Of a stretch of DNA of 64,000 bases, positions 1-11,300 are shown piece by piece. Origin of the DNA: Patescibacteria group bacterium (GTDB lineage Bacteria; Patescibacteriota; Patescibacteriia; Buchananbacterales; UBA6539); NCBI GenBank assembly GCA_041662625.1, contig JBAZSB010000003.1, forward strand, positions 38,552 through 102,551. Direction: 5' to 3'. The translations under genes and the position numbers were made by a program. The notes below the pieces were generated by a model. The model had not been told where the DNA came from, did not search any database, and saw nothing but the letters and a program-made list of their open reading frames with translations. Every line of letters begins with the position of its first letter. The first letter of the stretch is position 1.

Positions 1-262
1 GTGTGCCTGGGACACCGCTTAATTTTTTTGCCTGAACTTCCCAAAGAGTCGCGCAGCCGATGATATCCCCGCAGATTGGACAAGTATTATAGCAGGTTAC
101 AGCATCTTCTTCGTCCAAGGTGCATTTCAACGGTTGGGAACCTAAAATCAGTAGGCCGGCATCTTTACCACCAAATGATTGAGCAGTAATTGCCCAGGCC
201 GCCAGGCCGGCGACAATTGCAATAACTAAAATAGCGATGAAAATATTAATTTTTCTGTGCAT
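1..262 (-). CDS. partial CDS (N-terminal part; continues past window start): small membrane-anchored Cys-rich protein
   Basis: ATG at 262..260 (minus), open to the window edge. Translation MHRKINIFIAILVIAIVAGLAAW...CTLDEEDAVTCYNTCPICGDIIGC has an N-terminal TM helix and a CxxC-type Cys cluster. Absent from the ORF track because it has no stop in the window. Confidence 0.3.
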   Translation of the reverse strand, partial: MHRKINIFIAILVIAIVAGLAAWAITAQSFGGKDAGLLILGSQPLKCTLDEEDAVTCYNTCPICGDIIGCATLWEVQAKKLSGVPGT

Positions 263-422
263 TAGGCCTTCAAAGTAAATCATAATACTTTGATTATAGC
301 ATAGAATAAGAAATTAAGAAAATAAAAAATTAAGAAATTATTTTAAGGGTAACCCGACTTTGGTCGGCCTTTAAAGCCAACTAAAGTTGGTAGCATTTTA
401 TTGTCATTTGTTAAATATTGAG

Positions 423-517
423 GAATCAAGAATCAAGAATTATGAATCAAGGGGGATAAATCGAGAGTGAAGATTTAGTTTAAGCAACCATAATTCTTAA
501 TTCATGATTCATAATTC
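423..517. repeat. two inverted arrays of 4 tandem heptamers (GAATCAA-type at 423-450; ATAATTC-type, the reverse-complement form, at 490-517) flanking a 39-bp spacer
   Basis: Direct reading: gaatcaa gaatcaa gaattat gaatcaa ... ataattc ttaattc atgattc ataattc. The right array overlaps the first annotated ATG of rsmA. Confidence 0.6.
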
Positions 518-1370
518 GATAGCTATGCCTAACTCAGCTATTAACCAAGTTAAACAAATCTGCCGTGCTTACAATATCAATCCCTCGCGCCAAAAGGGTC
601 AGAATTTTTTAATTAATCCGGAGATAATCGAAAAAATTATCCAAGCCGCTGATCTCAAGAAGAGTGATACGGTTTTAGAAGTTGGCCCAGGTTTAGGAAT
701 TTTAACTGAAGAGTTAGTCAAACGAGTTAAAAAGGTAATCAGCGTTGAGCTGGATAAAAAACTTTTTGATTTTTTAAAGGTAAAATTCGCTGGGGTAAGT
801 AACTTGGAATTAATCAATGCCGATATTTTACGGTCACCGGTTACCGGTTGCCGGTTACCGGTTTATAAAATCGTTTCTAACCTGCCTTACAACATTACCT
901 CGCATTTTCTTAGGAAATTTTTAACGGCTAAAAACCGGCCGGCTGGAATGACTCTTTTGATTCAAAAAGAAGTGGCTCAAAGGATTTGTGCCCCAGTTGG
1001 GCAAATGAGCCTTTTGGCTTTGTCAGTTCAATTTTATGGCCAGCCAAAAATTATTGATTTTGTTAAACGGGATAATTTTTGGCCGACGCCAGAGGTCGAT
1101 TCAGCAATCTTGACAATCAGTAAGATTAAAAATCAACAAGCAGTGGATAACTATTTAGCCGGAGTAAACGAAGAATTCTTTTGGCGAGTTATTAAAATTA
1201 GTTTTTCGGCTAAAAGAAAACAAATACATAATAATTTGGCCGCCGGCCTGCATTTACCTGATGAGGAAATAAAAAAAATGCTTAAAAAAGCCAATTTTGA
1301 CCCGAAAATTCGTGCCCAAAATCTTAGTTTGGCTGATTGGCTTGCGCTAGTCAAAAGTTTAAGCCTCTAG
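504..1370 (+). CDS. rsmA: 16S rRNA (adenine1518/1519-N6)-dimethyltransferase RsmA/KsgA
   Basis: GQNFLINPEII motif, SAM-binding VLEVGPGLGILT, NLPYNITS motif. The real start may be the ATG at 525 (MPNSAINQ...). Confidence 0.85.
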   Translation: MIHNSIAMPNSAINQVKQICRAYNINPSRQKGQNFLINPEIIEKIIQAADLKKSDTVLEVGPGLGILTEELVKRVKKVISVELDKKLFDFLKVKFAGVSNLELINADILRSPVTGCRLPVYKIVSNLPYNITSHFLRKFLTAKNRPAGMTLLIQKEVAQRICAPVGQMSLLALSVQFYGQPKIIDFVKRDNFWPTPEVDSAILTISKIKNQQAVDNYLAGVNEEFFWRVIKISFSAKRKQIHNNLAAGLHLPDEEIKKMLKKANFDPKIRAQNLSLADWLALVKSLSL

Positions 1371-1393
1371 TTTATTAATGGCCCTAAAAACCC

Positions 1394-1422
1394 TTGCTTT
1401 ATTAGAGGTTTTTCTGCTATAA
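1394..1422 (+). promoter_or_regulatory. sigma70-like promoter (TTGCTT-17-TATAAT, TGc-extended) upstream of the 1485 operon
   Basis: cTTGCTTtattagaggtttttctgcTATAATat read directly from the sequence. Confidence 0.4.
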
Positions 1423-1484
1423 TATACTTAAGTCAAAGTAAAGATTCCTTTCGGATTTTAGCTTTAATTTTAAAGAAAAAAGAG

Positions 1485-2333
1485 ATGGCTTTCCGTAGTG
1501 GAAAAAAAGAAAAGTTTACCATTTTAGAGGAAATTTACCACGATGATACGTCTCCAAAAAAGTCAAAAAGGTTATTTCGGGACTATTTCCAAAACGCAAA
1601 ATTGGTTAATAATCTATTGGTCTCTGGCATTCTTTTTTTTGGCCTAGCCGCACTGGTGCTAGGTTTTTTTCAATTTCGCTACCAAATTAATAAGGATATT
1701 TTTGCTAAATTTCAGCCAAATGCAGCAGTTAGTGGGCCGGAAGATTTATTGGGACTAAAAGATAAAGATACTGACCAAGACGGGCTTTCTGACTATGATG
1801 AACTATATGTTTACCTTTCCAGTCCTTATCTCCAAGATACTGATTCTGATGGCATTAATGACCAAAAGGAAGTAGCGATAGGCAGCGATCCAACTTGCCC
1901 CGAAGGCCAGAACTGTTTTGCCTTTTGGAATCCCGGTTCGGCATCCACTCAAACTAATGATGCCAGCGATTTATTCTTAAGTAATCAGATATCTTCGCTT
2001 CAGTTGCGTGAAACCTTAAAACAAGCAGGAATGACTGATGATGAGTTGGCTCAATTCACCGATGAAGAATTGATGCAGTTATATCAAGAAGCCTTGGCTG
2101 GGATGCAATCAGGCAGTGAACAAACCGACACTGCAGCCGTTGATTTATCAGTGACTAATCCGGCGGATTTGACCCCGGATCAAATTCGGCAATATTTAAA
2201 AGAAGCTGGAGTTTCTAGCACTCTTTTAGATCAAGTCACTGATGAAGAGTTGATGAATCTGGCTAATGAATCTTTAGAGGCGCAAAATCCGGCCGCTTCG
2301 TCAAATCTGTCTAATACGAATGCGAATCAATAA
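1485..2333 (+). CDS. membrane-anchored hypothetical protein with thrombospondin-type-3-like Asp-rich Ca-binding motifs and two internal TDEELM repeats
   Basis: TM helix LLVSGILFFGLAALVLGFF; DTDQDGLSDYDE and DTDSDGINDQKE motifs; repeated xTDEELMxLxxE(A/S)L segments. First gene of the operon encoding the giant protein. Confidence 0.5.
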   Translation: MAFRSGKKEKFTILEEIYHDDTSPKKSKRLFRDYFQNAKLVNNLLVSGILFFGLAALVLGFFQFRYQINKDIFAKFQPNAAVSGPEDLLGLKDKDTDQDGLSDYDELYVYLSSPYLQDTDSDGINDQKEVAIGSDPTCPEGQNCFAFWNPGSASTQTNDASDLFLSNQISSLQLRETLKQAGMTDDELAQFTDEELMQLYQEALAGMQSGSEQTDTAAVDLSVTNPADLTPDQIRQYLKEAGVSSTLLDQVTDEELMNLANESLEAQNPAASSNLSNTNANQ

Positions 2334-2335
2334 AA

Positions 2336-5300
2336 ATGATAAAAGAAATTAAGCCAAAACTGAATTTGCCCGCCGCTACTCAGGAAGCTGACCAAACCAT
2401 TTCAAACAAATGGTTTTTAGCGTTTAAAAAAATCGTCACGGAAGTGGTTCTGGTGAGTATGGTTTTAAGTTTAATTACGCCAGCATTGATCTACCCGGAG
2501 CCGGCACGGGCATCTAATCCAACTGGTGCCCCGCCAGTGACCAAGCAATACCCGCCTAAGCCGACTGAAGTGCAAGTTCATGATGCTAGCGGGGTTAAAG
2601 TTATTCAAGATGAATCAGGTAAGACGCAAGCAGAAGTTAAAAAAGGGACTGATAATGTTACCGAAGCCCAAAAAAAAGATACCAAAGAGCTCACTAAATG
2701 GGAAGTTTTTAAGAAAAATTTGGATAAGATGTACCAGAAGTTAAGAAATGCTGTTAAAGTCGCGGCGGCTGAAGCTTTCAGTTATATGTTGAATACCTTT
2801 GCTTATGATACGGCGACTTGGCTGGCTTCTGGTGGTGAAGGCCAGCAGCCGATGTTTTTTACCGAAGATTGGGGTGAATATTTGACCAATTTGGTTGATA
2901 ACGCGGCTGGTACATTTTTAGAAAAGTTAGGTAACAATAGTTGGATCAATCTTAACCTTTGTACCCCTTCACTCGGCCTTAAAATTAGTATTGGTTTAGG
3001 CTTAGGTAATCTGCGGCGGCCTAAACAGCCAGATTGTACCGTCACTAAGATGATTAAAAATTGGAAGAGCTGGGCCGAGAGTCCTAATTTTTTGAGTCAA
3101 TTTGATGATATTTTTGATCCTAAGAGCAATGATATTGGCATTGCTGCGAAGGCTTTTGGTCTTTATTACCAAAAAGTCGAGGAAGATTGGTTAGCTGGTA
3201 TTTTTAGGCGCAAAGAAGGTGAAGGCTTCAAGTCAGTGGGTGATTCAATCGCCGATACCATTCTTACTCCCGGTACCGTAACAGCTGAAGGCGCTAAACA
3301 ATTAACGCGAACAGAAACCGGGTCAAAAGGGGAAGAAGTTAAAGTTGAGTATGGTAATATTTTCAATATCGCCATCGCGACTTTTATTAATACTTTATTG
3401 GGTAAACTTTTCGAACGATTATTTAAGAAAGGATTAGTCAGTTCAAAGGACGACAAGACCATTGATCTTTCCGGCCTTGGTAACCTTTTGGCCCGAGGGG
3501 CGACTAATCAGGATTTATATACAGGCGAGTCAGGTATTGAACTTTATAGCGGCGAAAAAGCGGCTCGATTACGCTTTCTTGATTTATTGCAAGCCGGTGC
3601 CAAGCAAGGTGGGGCTTATGATGTCTTAACCAAATTAGTTTATTGTTCTGATCCGGAGAATCCCGGACCGGATGAATGTGCGATCAAACAAGATTTTCGT
3701 TCAGCCATAGAAAGGAAATTAACTTTAAGAGAGGCAATTGATCAGGGTTTAATTGATGGCAATGCTCCTTTTGGTTTTATGGATTGGGATGCTAGTGCTC
3801 TTTACCGGGGTATATCTTATCGGAGCATTACGATTTTACGGACTTTTCGTGTGGTTCCAGTCGGCTGGGAAATTGCCGCCCAAACTATAAATAAATTTGA
3901 CCCTGGTAAGACTTATAGCTTGAATGATTTAATTGCTCGCTTCGCGGATGAAAGTTCAGATAATCTTTTCTATGGTTTAATTGACCCAGAATGGGTTTTA
4001 ACCTTGCCTGACCATTTTTGCAAATTGGAAGGTTACGGTTCGAAAGTTGTTTATGAAGGTGTAATTGGTGGTGATGATGCCAATAGTGATGGTGATTTTA
4101 CTGATGCTAACGATGTCCCACCCCAACGGACGGTTGGGCGGGCGGAATACTGCGCGGATTATCAAAGCTGTCTCCAAAAAGACGAGAGTGGTAATTGCCA
4201 GTATTATGGTTATTGTACTGAAGAAAGACGAATTTGGGATTTACAAGGTAAAGGCTGTAAACCCTACTTTAATACTTGTCAGACTTTTCAGCGCAGCGAT
4301 AATAAAGTTTTTAGTTTTTTGGAAAATACCTTGGACTTTAATGGCTGCAGCGCTGATAATGCCGGCTGCCAATGGTATTGTCAGGTCTTTAATCCTAGTA
4401 GTGATATTTGGACCTGTACTAATGAGCATATTGTAATTGATCCGGCCACCGGCGCAATTGATGCTGAACGTGTCTTAAAGCCCTGTAATTTGGCTGGCGG
4501 TTGTCTGGTTTCTACTAGTTGTGAAATAGCGGAAGGTGACAGTAGCTGTGTCGACAACACCAATGGCACTAATCTTTCTATTAGCAATTCTTGTAATTCC
4601 GGGTCAAGATGGTGGGTGGGTGATAAATGTATAATTAATCCTGCTGATGCTTTGTGTACGATTAAGCAGGGTGATGTGGGCTGTACTCTTACTGGCTGTG
4701 AATCGTTTGCTAATTTATTGCTTAATCCAAGTTTTGAAACCGCTGCTTCGCCTGGCAATCTAGCTGATAAATGGAGTACCAGTAGCGGTAGTTTAACTTA
4801 TTTTGAACGCGCAGCCGGGGCCAGTGAAAGAATCCATGCTGGGAAAAATAGTTTACGCTTTTTTAGCTACGGTTTATCTGTTAATGAAACAGTTAGTGCC
4901 GCTGAATTAGAACTACCAGTCGGCAATTATTATACTTTTTCCGGTTACGTTTATGATTATTTAAATGCCGGGGCAATTACTTTGGAAGTGGGAGGAAGTG
5001 GTGTTACCTCAGCTCAAAGCCGGGTGAGCACCAAAGGCAATGGCTGGCAGTTACTAACTTTTGATTTTTTAGTCGATAAGGAGAGTTCACCTGGCAGCGG
5101 CAAAGGAAAAGTTCAAGTAAAAATTATTGTTAGCGGTGATCAGGTCGGCGGGACAGCTTGGTTTGATGATTTCAGAATTACTCAAAGTTGTGTTGTGGAA
5201 AATGTCACTTTAACTTTGATTGGCACTGTTGGCGTCAATGAAAGTAAAATTCATCTAGATCGTGATGCCCAAAGTTGTGATGCCCAAAATGTCGGCTGTT

Positions 5301-8300
5301 CTGAATTAATCCGGACACTCCCGAATTTTGGCACTAATTTGGTGCCTAATTCCAGTTTTGAAGATTGGTCCGATCCTAGCGGCGTACCCCAAGGCTGGCA
5401 AACCGGTGAAAATTGGAACAGCGCTAACACTAGTTTCGAGCAGGCTGAAGGATATAGTGATAACTATAGTCTGAAATTGATTAAAAAAACCATTAGCACT
5501 AATGATGATAATTTTTCCCGAGATTTTGAAATTCCACTTTTTGCTTTAAAGCCCAATACTACCTATCGTGTTTCCTTTATGGCTAGGTCTGACCAAGATG
5601 CGGCTGCTAGTGACAGACTTTGGTATACAGAGATTTTATCAAACCATAATCCTGATTATTATTGCAGTTTGGATCAAGCTGAAAATTGTTACATCGGTAC
5701 GGTAGACGAAAATGAAGCACACTGTACCAGTCTTAATAAAGGGCATTGTGTATTTGATTATGATGGGGTGTTTATAGGCAGCCAGAGATTATTCCCACTC
5801 ACCGACGAGTGGCAGCAATTTGTTTCTGCTTCATTTACGACTCGTCACTTTAGTTATGATTTTAAATTTTCGATTTCGAGTCACTATACTAACCCAGCTA
5901 AACCACTTTATATCGATAATGTTCAAGTTGAAGAAGTGGAAACTAACAATGCGGCCGTTTCTAGTTACAGTGATTATGGCACGAAAAATTTAGTTTATCT
6001 TAAAAAACCGCCGGCCACTTTAGCCTGCCATGGCTATACTATTGACCGACCCAGCCCGGATGTTTTAACTGGTGTCAACCAAACCCAATGTAACGGAGAA
6101 AATATGGTCTGGCGGAAGTTCTGTGCGAATGCGACTGATGCCACTGACGCTGGTGAAGCTTGCACTAATAACGGTGAATGTGACAGCAACAGATGCAATC
6201 CCCAAGGCGCCAACGGCTGTGATGCTTCGGGTCAATTCTGTTGTCATTATACTGATTGGCCCGAGTGTTCTAATTTTGCCATGTACTGTCAGGAAGATGA
6301 AGTGGGCTGCGAACTTTACCGGCCTGTACTTGGCGGTCAGTCAATCCCCGCCAAAGTATCAATTCAAGATTATTGTCCGGCTGAATGCGTGGGTTACGAA
6401 GCTTATAAACAATCAACTAGTCATTTTGAAAGCCAGGAATCTTTGGAGTATTTTATTCCAAAAACAGCTAAAAGTTGTACGGCTAGCCAGGTTGGCTGTA
6501 CTGAATTTACCAATTTAGATGAGGTCGCTCGAGGTGGGGAAGGTAAAGAATATTATCAATATTTGCGTCAGTGCCGTAAGCCGGATCAGTCTGATGCCAA
6601 TTGCCAAAATTTTTACAATTGGCAGGGCTCGGATGAAACTGGTTACCAGTTGAAATTATATAATCTGACCGGCCAAACCCCAAGCGGGGGAGCACCCTTA
6701 GAGGTCAATACTGATCCGACGTTGTGGCCGACTTATTGGTGTGAGGTCAAAACCGATAGTGGTACTAATGGTCCCGATTGCTGTGATGGCCCAGAAGATT
6801 TAGCTGCTAATCCGTTCTGTAAAGAATTTTATGCCGCTAGTGGTGAGATTTATTATCGAATCTATGCCAATACCATCAGCTGCTCGGATGATTGTCATCC
6901 GTTGCGCCAGACGCGTTTGGAAAAAGATGAAAGTTTAGCTCGAGCTAATTGTGATAATACTAAGGGTACATGGGAGGGAGATGCCTGTGTTTATCACGCA
7001 ATACCGCAAGAAGGAACTCGTTGTTCAGCTAGCGCGGCTGGTTGCCGGGAATATCGCGGTAATGCGGGTGGCAATATTTTCACCGCTTTTGCCGATAATT
7101 TTGAATCCGGCGATACAGTTGGTTGGCGTTTTGGCGCCATCAGCAGCGAGGCTTTAAGTATTACCGGCCATTCAATCAAAACCCAATTACTCGGTTCTGA
7201 CACTGATAGTAATGGCACGATCGATACTTATGACAAAAGGGTAGTAACTTCTTGGGCCAGTTTATGGAAAGCCGGAACAACTGAATACATTAACGCTAAT
7301 ATTGTCTCCTGTACTGATACCAATTCAACCGACGTTCCATTTTGTGATACTACTCATACCAGTAATTGTTATGATCTGCAATTGGGTAAGTGTATTGCCA
7401 AGGAAACGGAGAATAATGAGACTTGCTACGTGGCTTTGGGTGAAAAAAGTTGTGGTGTAATGGGTAATGTTTTATTACCTAGTCGGACCTATCTGATTTC
7501 TTTCTGGGCCAAGAATGCCAGTGGGGTGGCAGATATCACCCTTGATTTGCTGGGAGCGGTTGATCCAGCGCCATTAGCTACTATCAGTCTCAGTCCCGAA
7601 TGGAATTATTATAGCCTCGGCCCATTTACTACTAGAGCTCAGCCTGATTTTGACTTAAGCGCCCGCTTGCGTTTCATAGGCTCAGTGAGAGACAGTAATC
7701 CCGATAGCCCTAGTCTTGTTGATTTTTATGTTGACAACGTGGAAATTAAAGAAGTGGCTGATTATGTTTATGTCATTAAGAATTCCTGGCAGACGCCAGC
7801 CAGTTGCGACACTAATCCTTGGACTTTGCCCCAGCCAACTCCCGCCCCGCAATTTATGCTTGGCTGTAAACAATATCTTGATTCTTATAGCCGGACCCAT
7901 AATTTAAAATCTTTTACCAATCTATGCCGCCTTGAGGCCGTTGGCTGTGAAGCTTTAATTGATACCTTTAATTTAACTTCACCTTTTGCCAAAGTCTTTA
8001 ATGAAAATGATGCTAATTCTGATGTCAGTATTCCGGCCGATCGGTTAGTTTATTTGGTCAATCGGACTAATTATCAGTGTCCTTCGACCAAGAAAGGCTG
8101 CCAAGCCGTTGGCCAGCCGACTATTAATGTTAATCAGGAAGCAGTTAATTATAAAACCGCTTATTTAATTAATGATCCCAATCAGTATAGTTCTTCCTTA
8201 TGTTCTAATCCTGAGGTGGGTTGTGAAGAATGGAGTACTGGCAATGGCTTTTCTTATTTCAAAGATCCGGGCCAACGGGTTTGTGAATACCGTTTAGCTC

Positions 8301-11300
8301 CAGGCCAAACTCAATCTAACTGGTTTAAATTTGGTTCAAGCGCTCAAACCGGCGATTGTCCTTTGGTTCAGCCATCCGTTGGTGTGCCACATCCGACTGA
8401 CAACTGGGTTGGCCTCTGTGCATCTGAAGCCAGCTCCTGTAACCAATTTATTGATCCGGTGAGTTTAATGAGTAAGAATTTAGTCTTCAATGCTGATTTC
8501 AAAACTAATGTGGTTACAACCGATACGCCTGATGTGCCGGACGGCTGGCAGGCTAATCTGACGACCGACGGTTTAGTTCAGTCTCTGAGCCTTCAACATG
8601 GTAATTTGTATACCTTGAGTTTTACCAGCAATAAGAATCTTTCTCTGGCAGATAATGATTTACATTTTGAAATTAGGAATTGTCCGCAAATTACTTCTTT
8701 TGATCATTCCTTAAATAACGTTTGTATTAATACTGTTACGGGGGAGCCGGTTCAGCCGCAGAAACTTTGTCAGAGTGATGACAATTGTGATGTGACTAAT
8801 CATCAAATTTGTTCGACTAATGTTTTGGTGATTTCACAAGGGGCTTATACCGGGGATAGTCGGACTTCCACTCAAATCGATAACTTTCCCCAAAATCAGA
8901 TCAGTTATTCTGGCAGAGTTTTTGTCACGCGTGATTGCAACGCTAAAATTATGATTACCAATGTGGGTGGGACGATTGAGAGTATTATTGGTACTGCCGC
9001 TAACAATTATACCGACGGACTGGTCAAAGAAGTAGCCTTAAGAAAAACCGACATTAATTATGTTTTAGCTGATTCGGTTGATAAGCGTAGTTGTAATGGC
9101 ATTGTTGATCCGGAAAGATATTGCGTTTTATTTAATGATCGCAGTGAGGTTAATTATAAATTGGGTGAAGATGACTTTAGTTACTTAGGTTTTGATGCTG
9201 ATGTGAGCGGTATTAATGTCAATAATGGTCTGCCGGTTTTACAATGCGCGGGTAACTGCGATTCTAATGCCGTTTTAAATGTTAGACCCGATCGAACCTG
9301 CGAAACCTGGCTGGCTTGTAACAGTTATGCCACCGTCGTTAACGCCGAAGGCGGGGAAGAAAGGCAGTGTTTAAACCTTGGCCTCTGTAATCTTTTGGCC
9401 GATGACGGTAGCTGTCTTAACTTTTTGGAAACTAGCCACGGCGACGCCCGAAAAGATTTTTATCAAGAACCCGAACAAATCCAAAATCTAAGCGGCTACA
9501 GTAAAGCAGGCTTGGAAGTCAGCGATACCTTTAATAAGACTATTTATGGCTATTACCCTTATGTGGAAATGTCCCAGGAAGGGGGAGCAACTAGTATTAC
9601 TAATAGCAACTTTGATTCAGTCTTTTCCGAAGGCAAAGAGCCGCTGGGTTGGGCCGAGTATGAATCTAAGGACAGCCAAGGTTGGCAAAATTTTAAATAT
9701 ACTATTGGTACTGATTTTAACTCGGCTTTGGAAGGTGGCTATTTGCAACTCAACACTTTTTATCAGGTTGTTTCCGAAGACGTTGATTTGGAAAAAGGAA
9801 CCAATTATATTTTGGGCGGCTGGATTAACACTTTGGAATTAAAGCATAACAACCTTAATGATTCCCAGCTTTTCACTCAGATTTGCTATAAACTTAATAA
9901 TCAGCTTGATTTAACTTGTCCGCCGGAATTGAAAGTTTTTGCTGGTTTAGGTTGGCAATATGTGACGGCGACATTCAACTCTGCTGGTAGCACTGCTTTG
10001 AAGATCGTACTGAAAAATAATGCCGGTGATATTTTGGCTTGTCGTGACGGCCATGAGGATACGGCGTGCGCCATCAGCGGTTATTCTTTGCTTGATGAGA
10101 TTTTATTAAAGCCAGTCTTAAAGGTAAAAAATCAGACTCCTGATAATTTGCGTGATTTTATTGCCCGGAGCTGCCGGCTTTATCCAGATTTTGATTCGTT
10201 AGCCTGTCAGTATTTTGAAGAAAATGTTTTGCATCGTGGTATTTTTGGCTACTGCCTGACGCAAGATCCAAATAATTTAAAACAGTGCCTCCAGTGGTGG
10301 CCAGTTGATCAGATTGGCGGCCAGTTAACGGATGAAATTTTGGCTTATAATATTCAAAGCCCGCTTTATTATTGTGTAGAGAAAGGTGAGAGACAAATCT
10401 TTAGTGAAGATACTGAATTCTCTTTTCTAGTTTCTGATTTTTCCGGTAATTTTACCGATGCTTATGGCCTCAGTGCCCAACTTGTACCTTTTGAAATATC
10501 TGAAGATTATCGGCCAGCTTTTCGTTACCCTTATGTCCGGCAATTTAGTGTTCGCCCCCAAATTTTCCCGCGTAATGATTGGCTTATTCCAGGTGTTGGT
10601 TTTAGACTCCTGGCTTTGGGCGATACGTTAATTGAAGTTAATATTTTTGGTGATCAGGGCCTTAAGAATGATCCTTTTGATTTGACCATTGGCCCAACTG
10701 GAAATAGAGGAATTTTGTTAGCTCCTTGGGGAGTACTAGTTGCGATCCCAGTTGAAATGCTTTACGCTTTTATTGCGGCTGATCATGGAGCATTAGATAT
10801 GGATGCACACTATATTGGAGAAATGAATGAAGGGATTGAGTCTTTGGGTCTTGGTGAAATTTTACCGGATAATGCTGTTGAACTTAATCTTTATTTCATC
10901 TGGTCTTGGCCTAACGGTATAAATCCGGAAAATATCGGGCGGGCCGAAAGTACCATCCAGACTCTGCGGCAAGTTGGTGATATTGCTAAGTTACTTTTAG
11001 CCCTTGGCGGGGCGAGTGCTAATTCAGCTCAACATGATGACGCCTGGGAAGAAGAAGGTGTTCCCGTATTTGGTATTTTGGAGGGAGAGGAGACGAGTCT
11101 CAATATTGTTTTTGGGTCGCTGGTTGGTGTCAAAATAGCGACAGAGCAGGATCCAATGTATAGTGGCATTGCTGAAGATCCGGTACCTGATATCCCGGGG
11201 GATATTTATGGTGGAATAGTAGTGATGGTGGAGGAAACTACCGATGGTGATTTGGCGCCGGGAATGAAACTTGATTTCATACCAAGTGAGGCCAAAGCCG

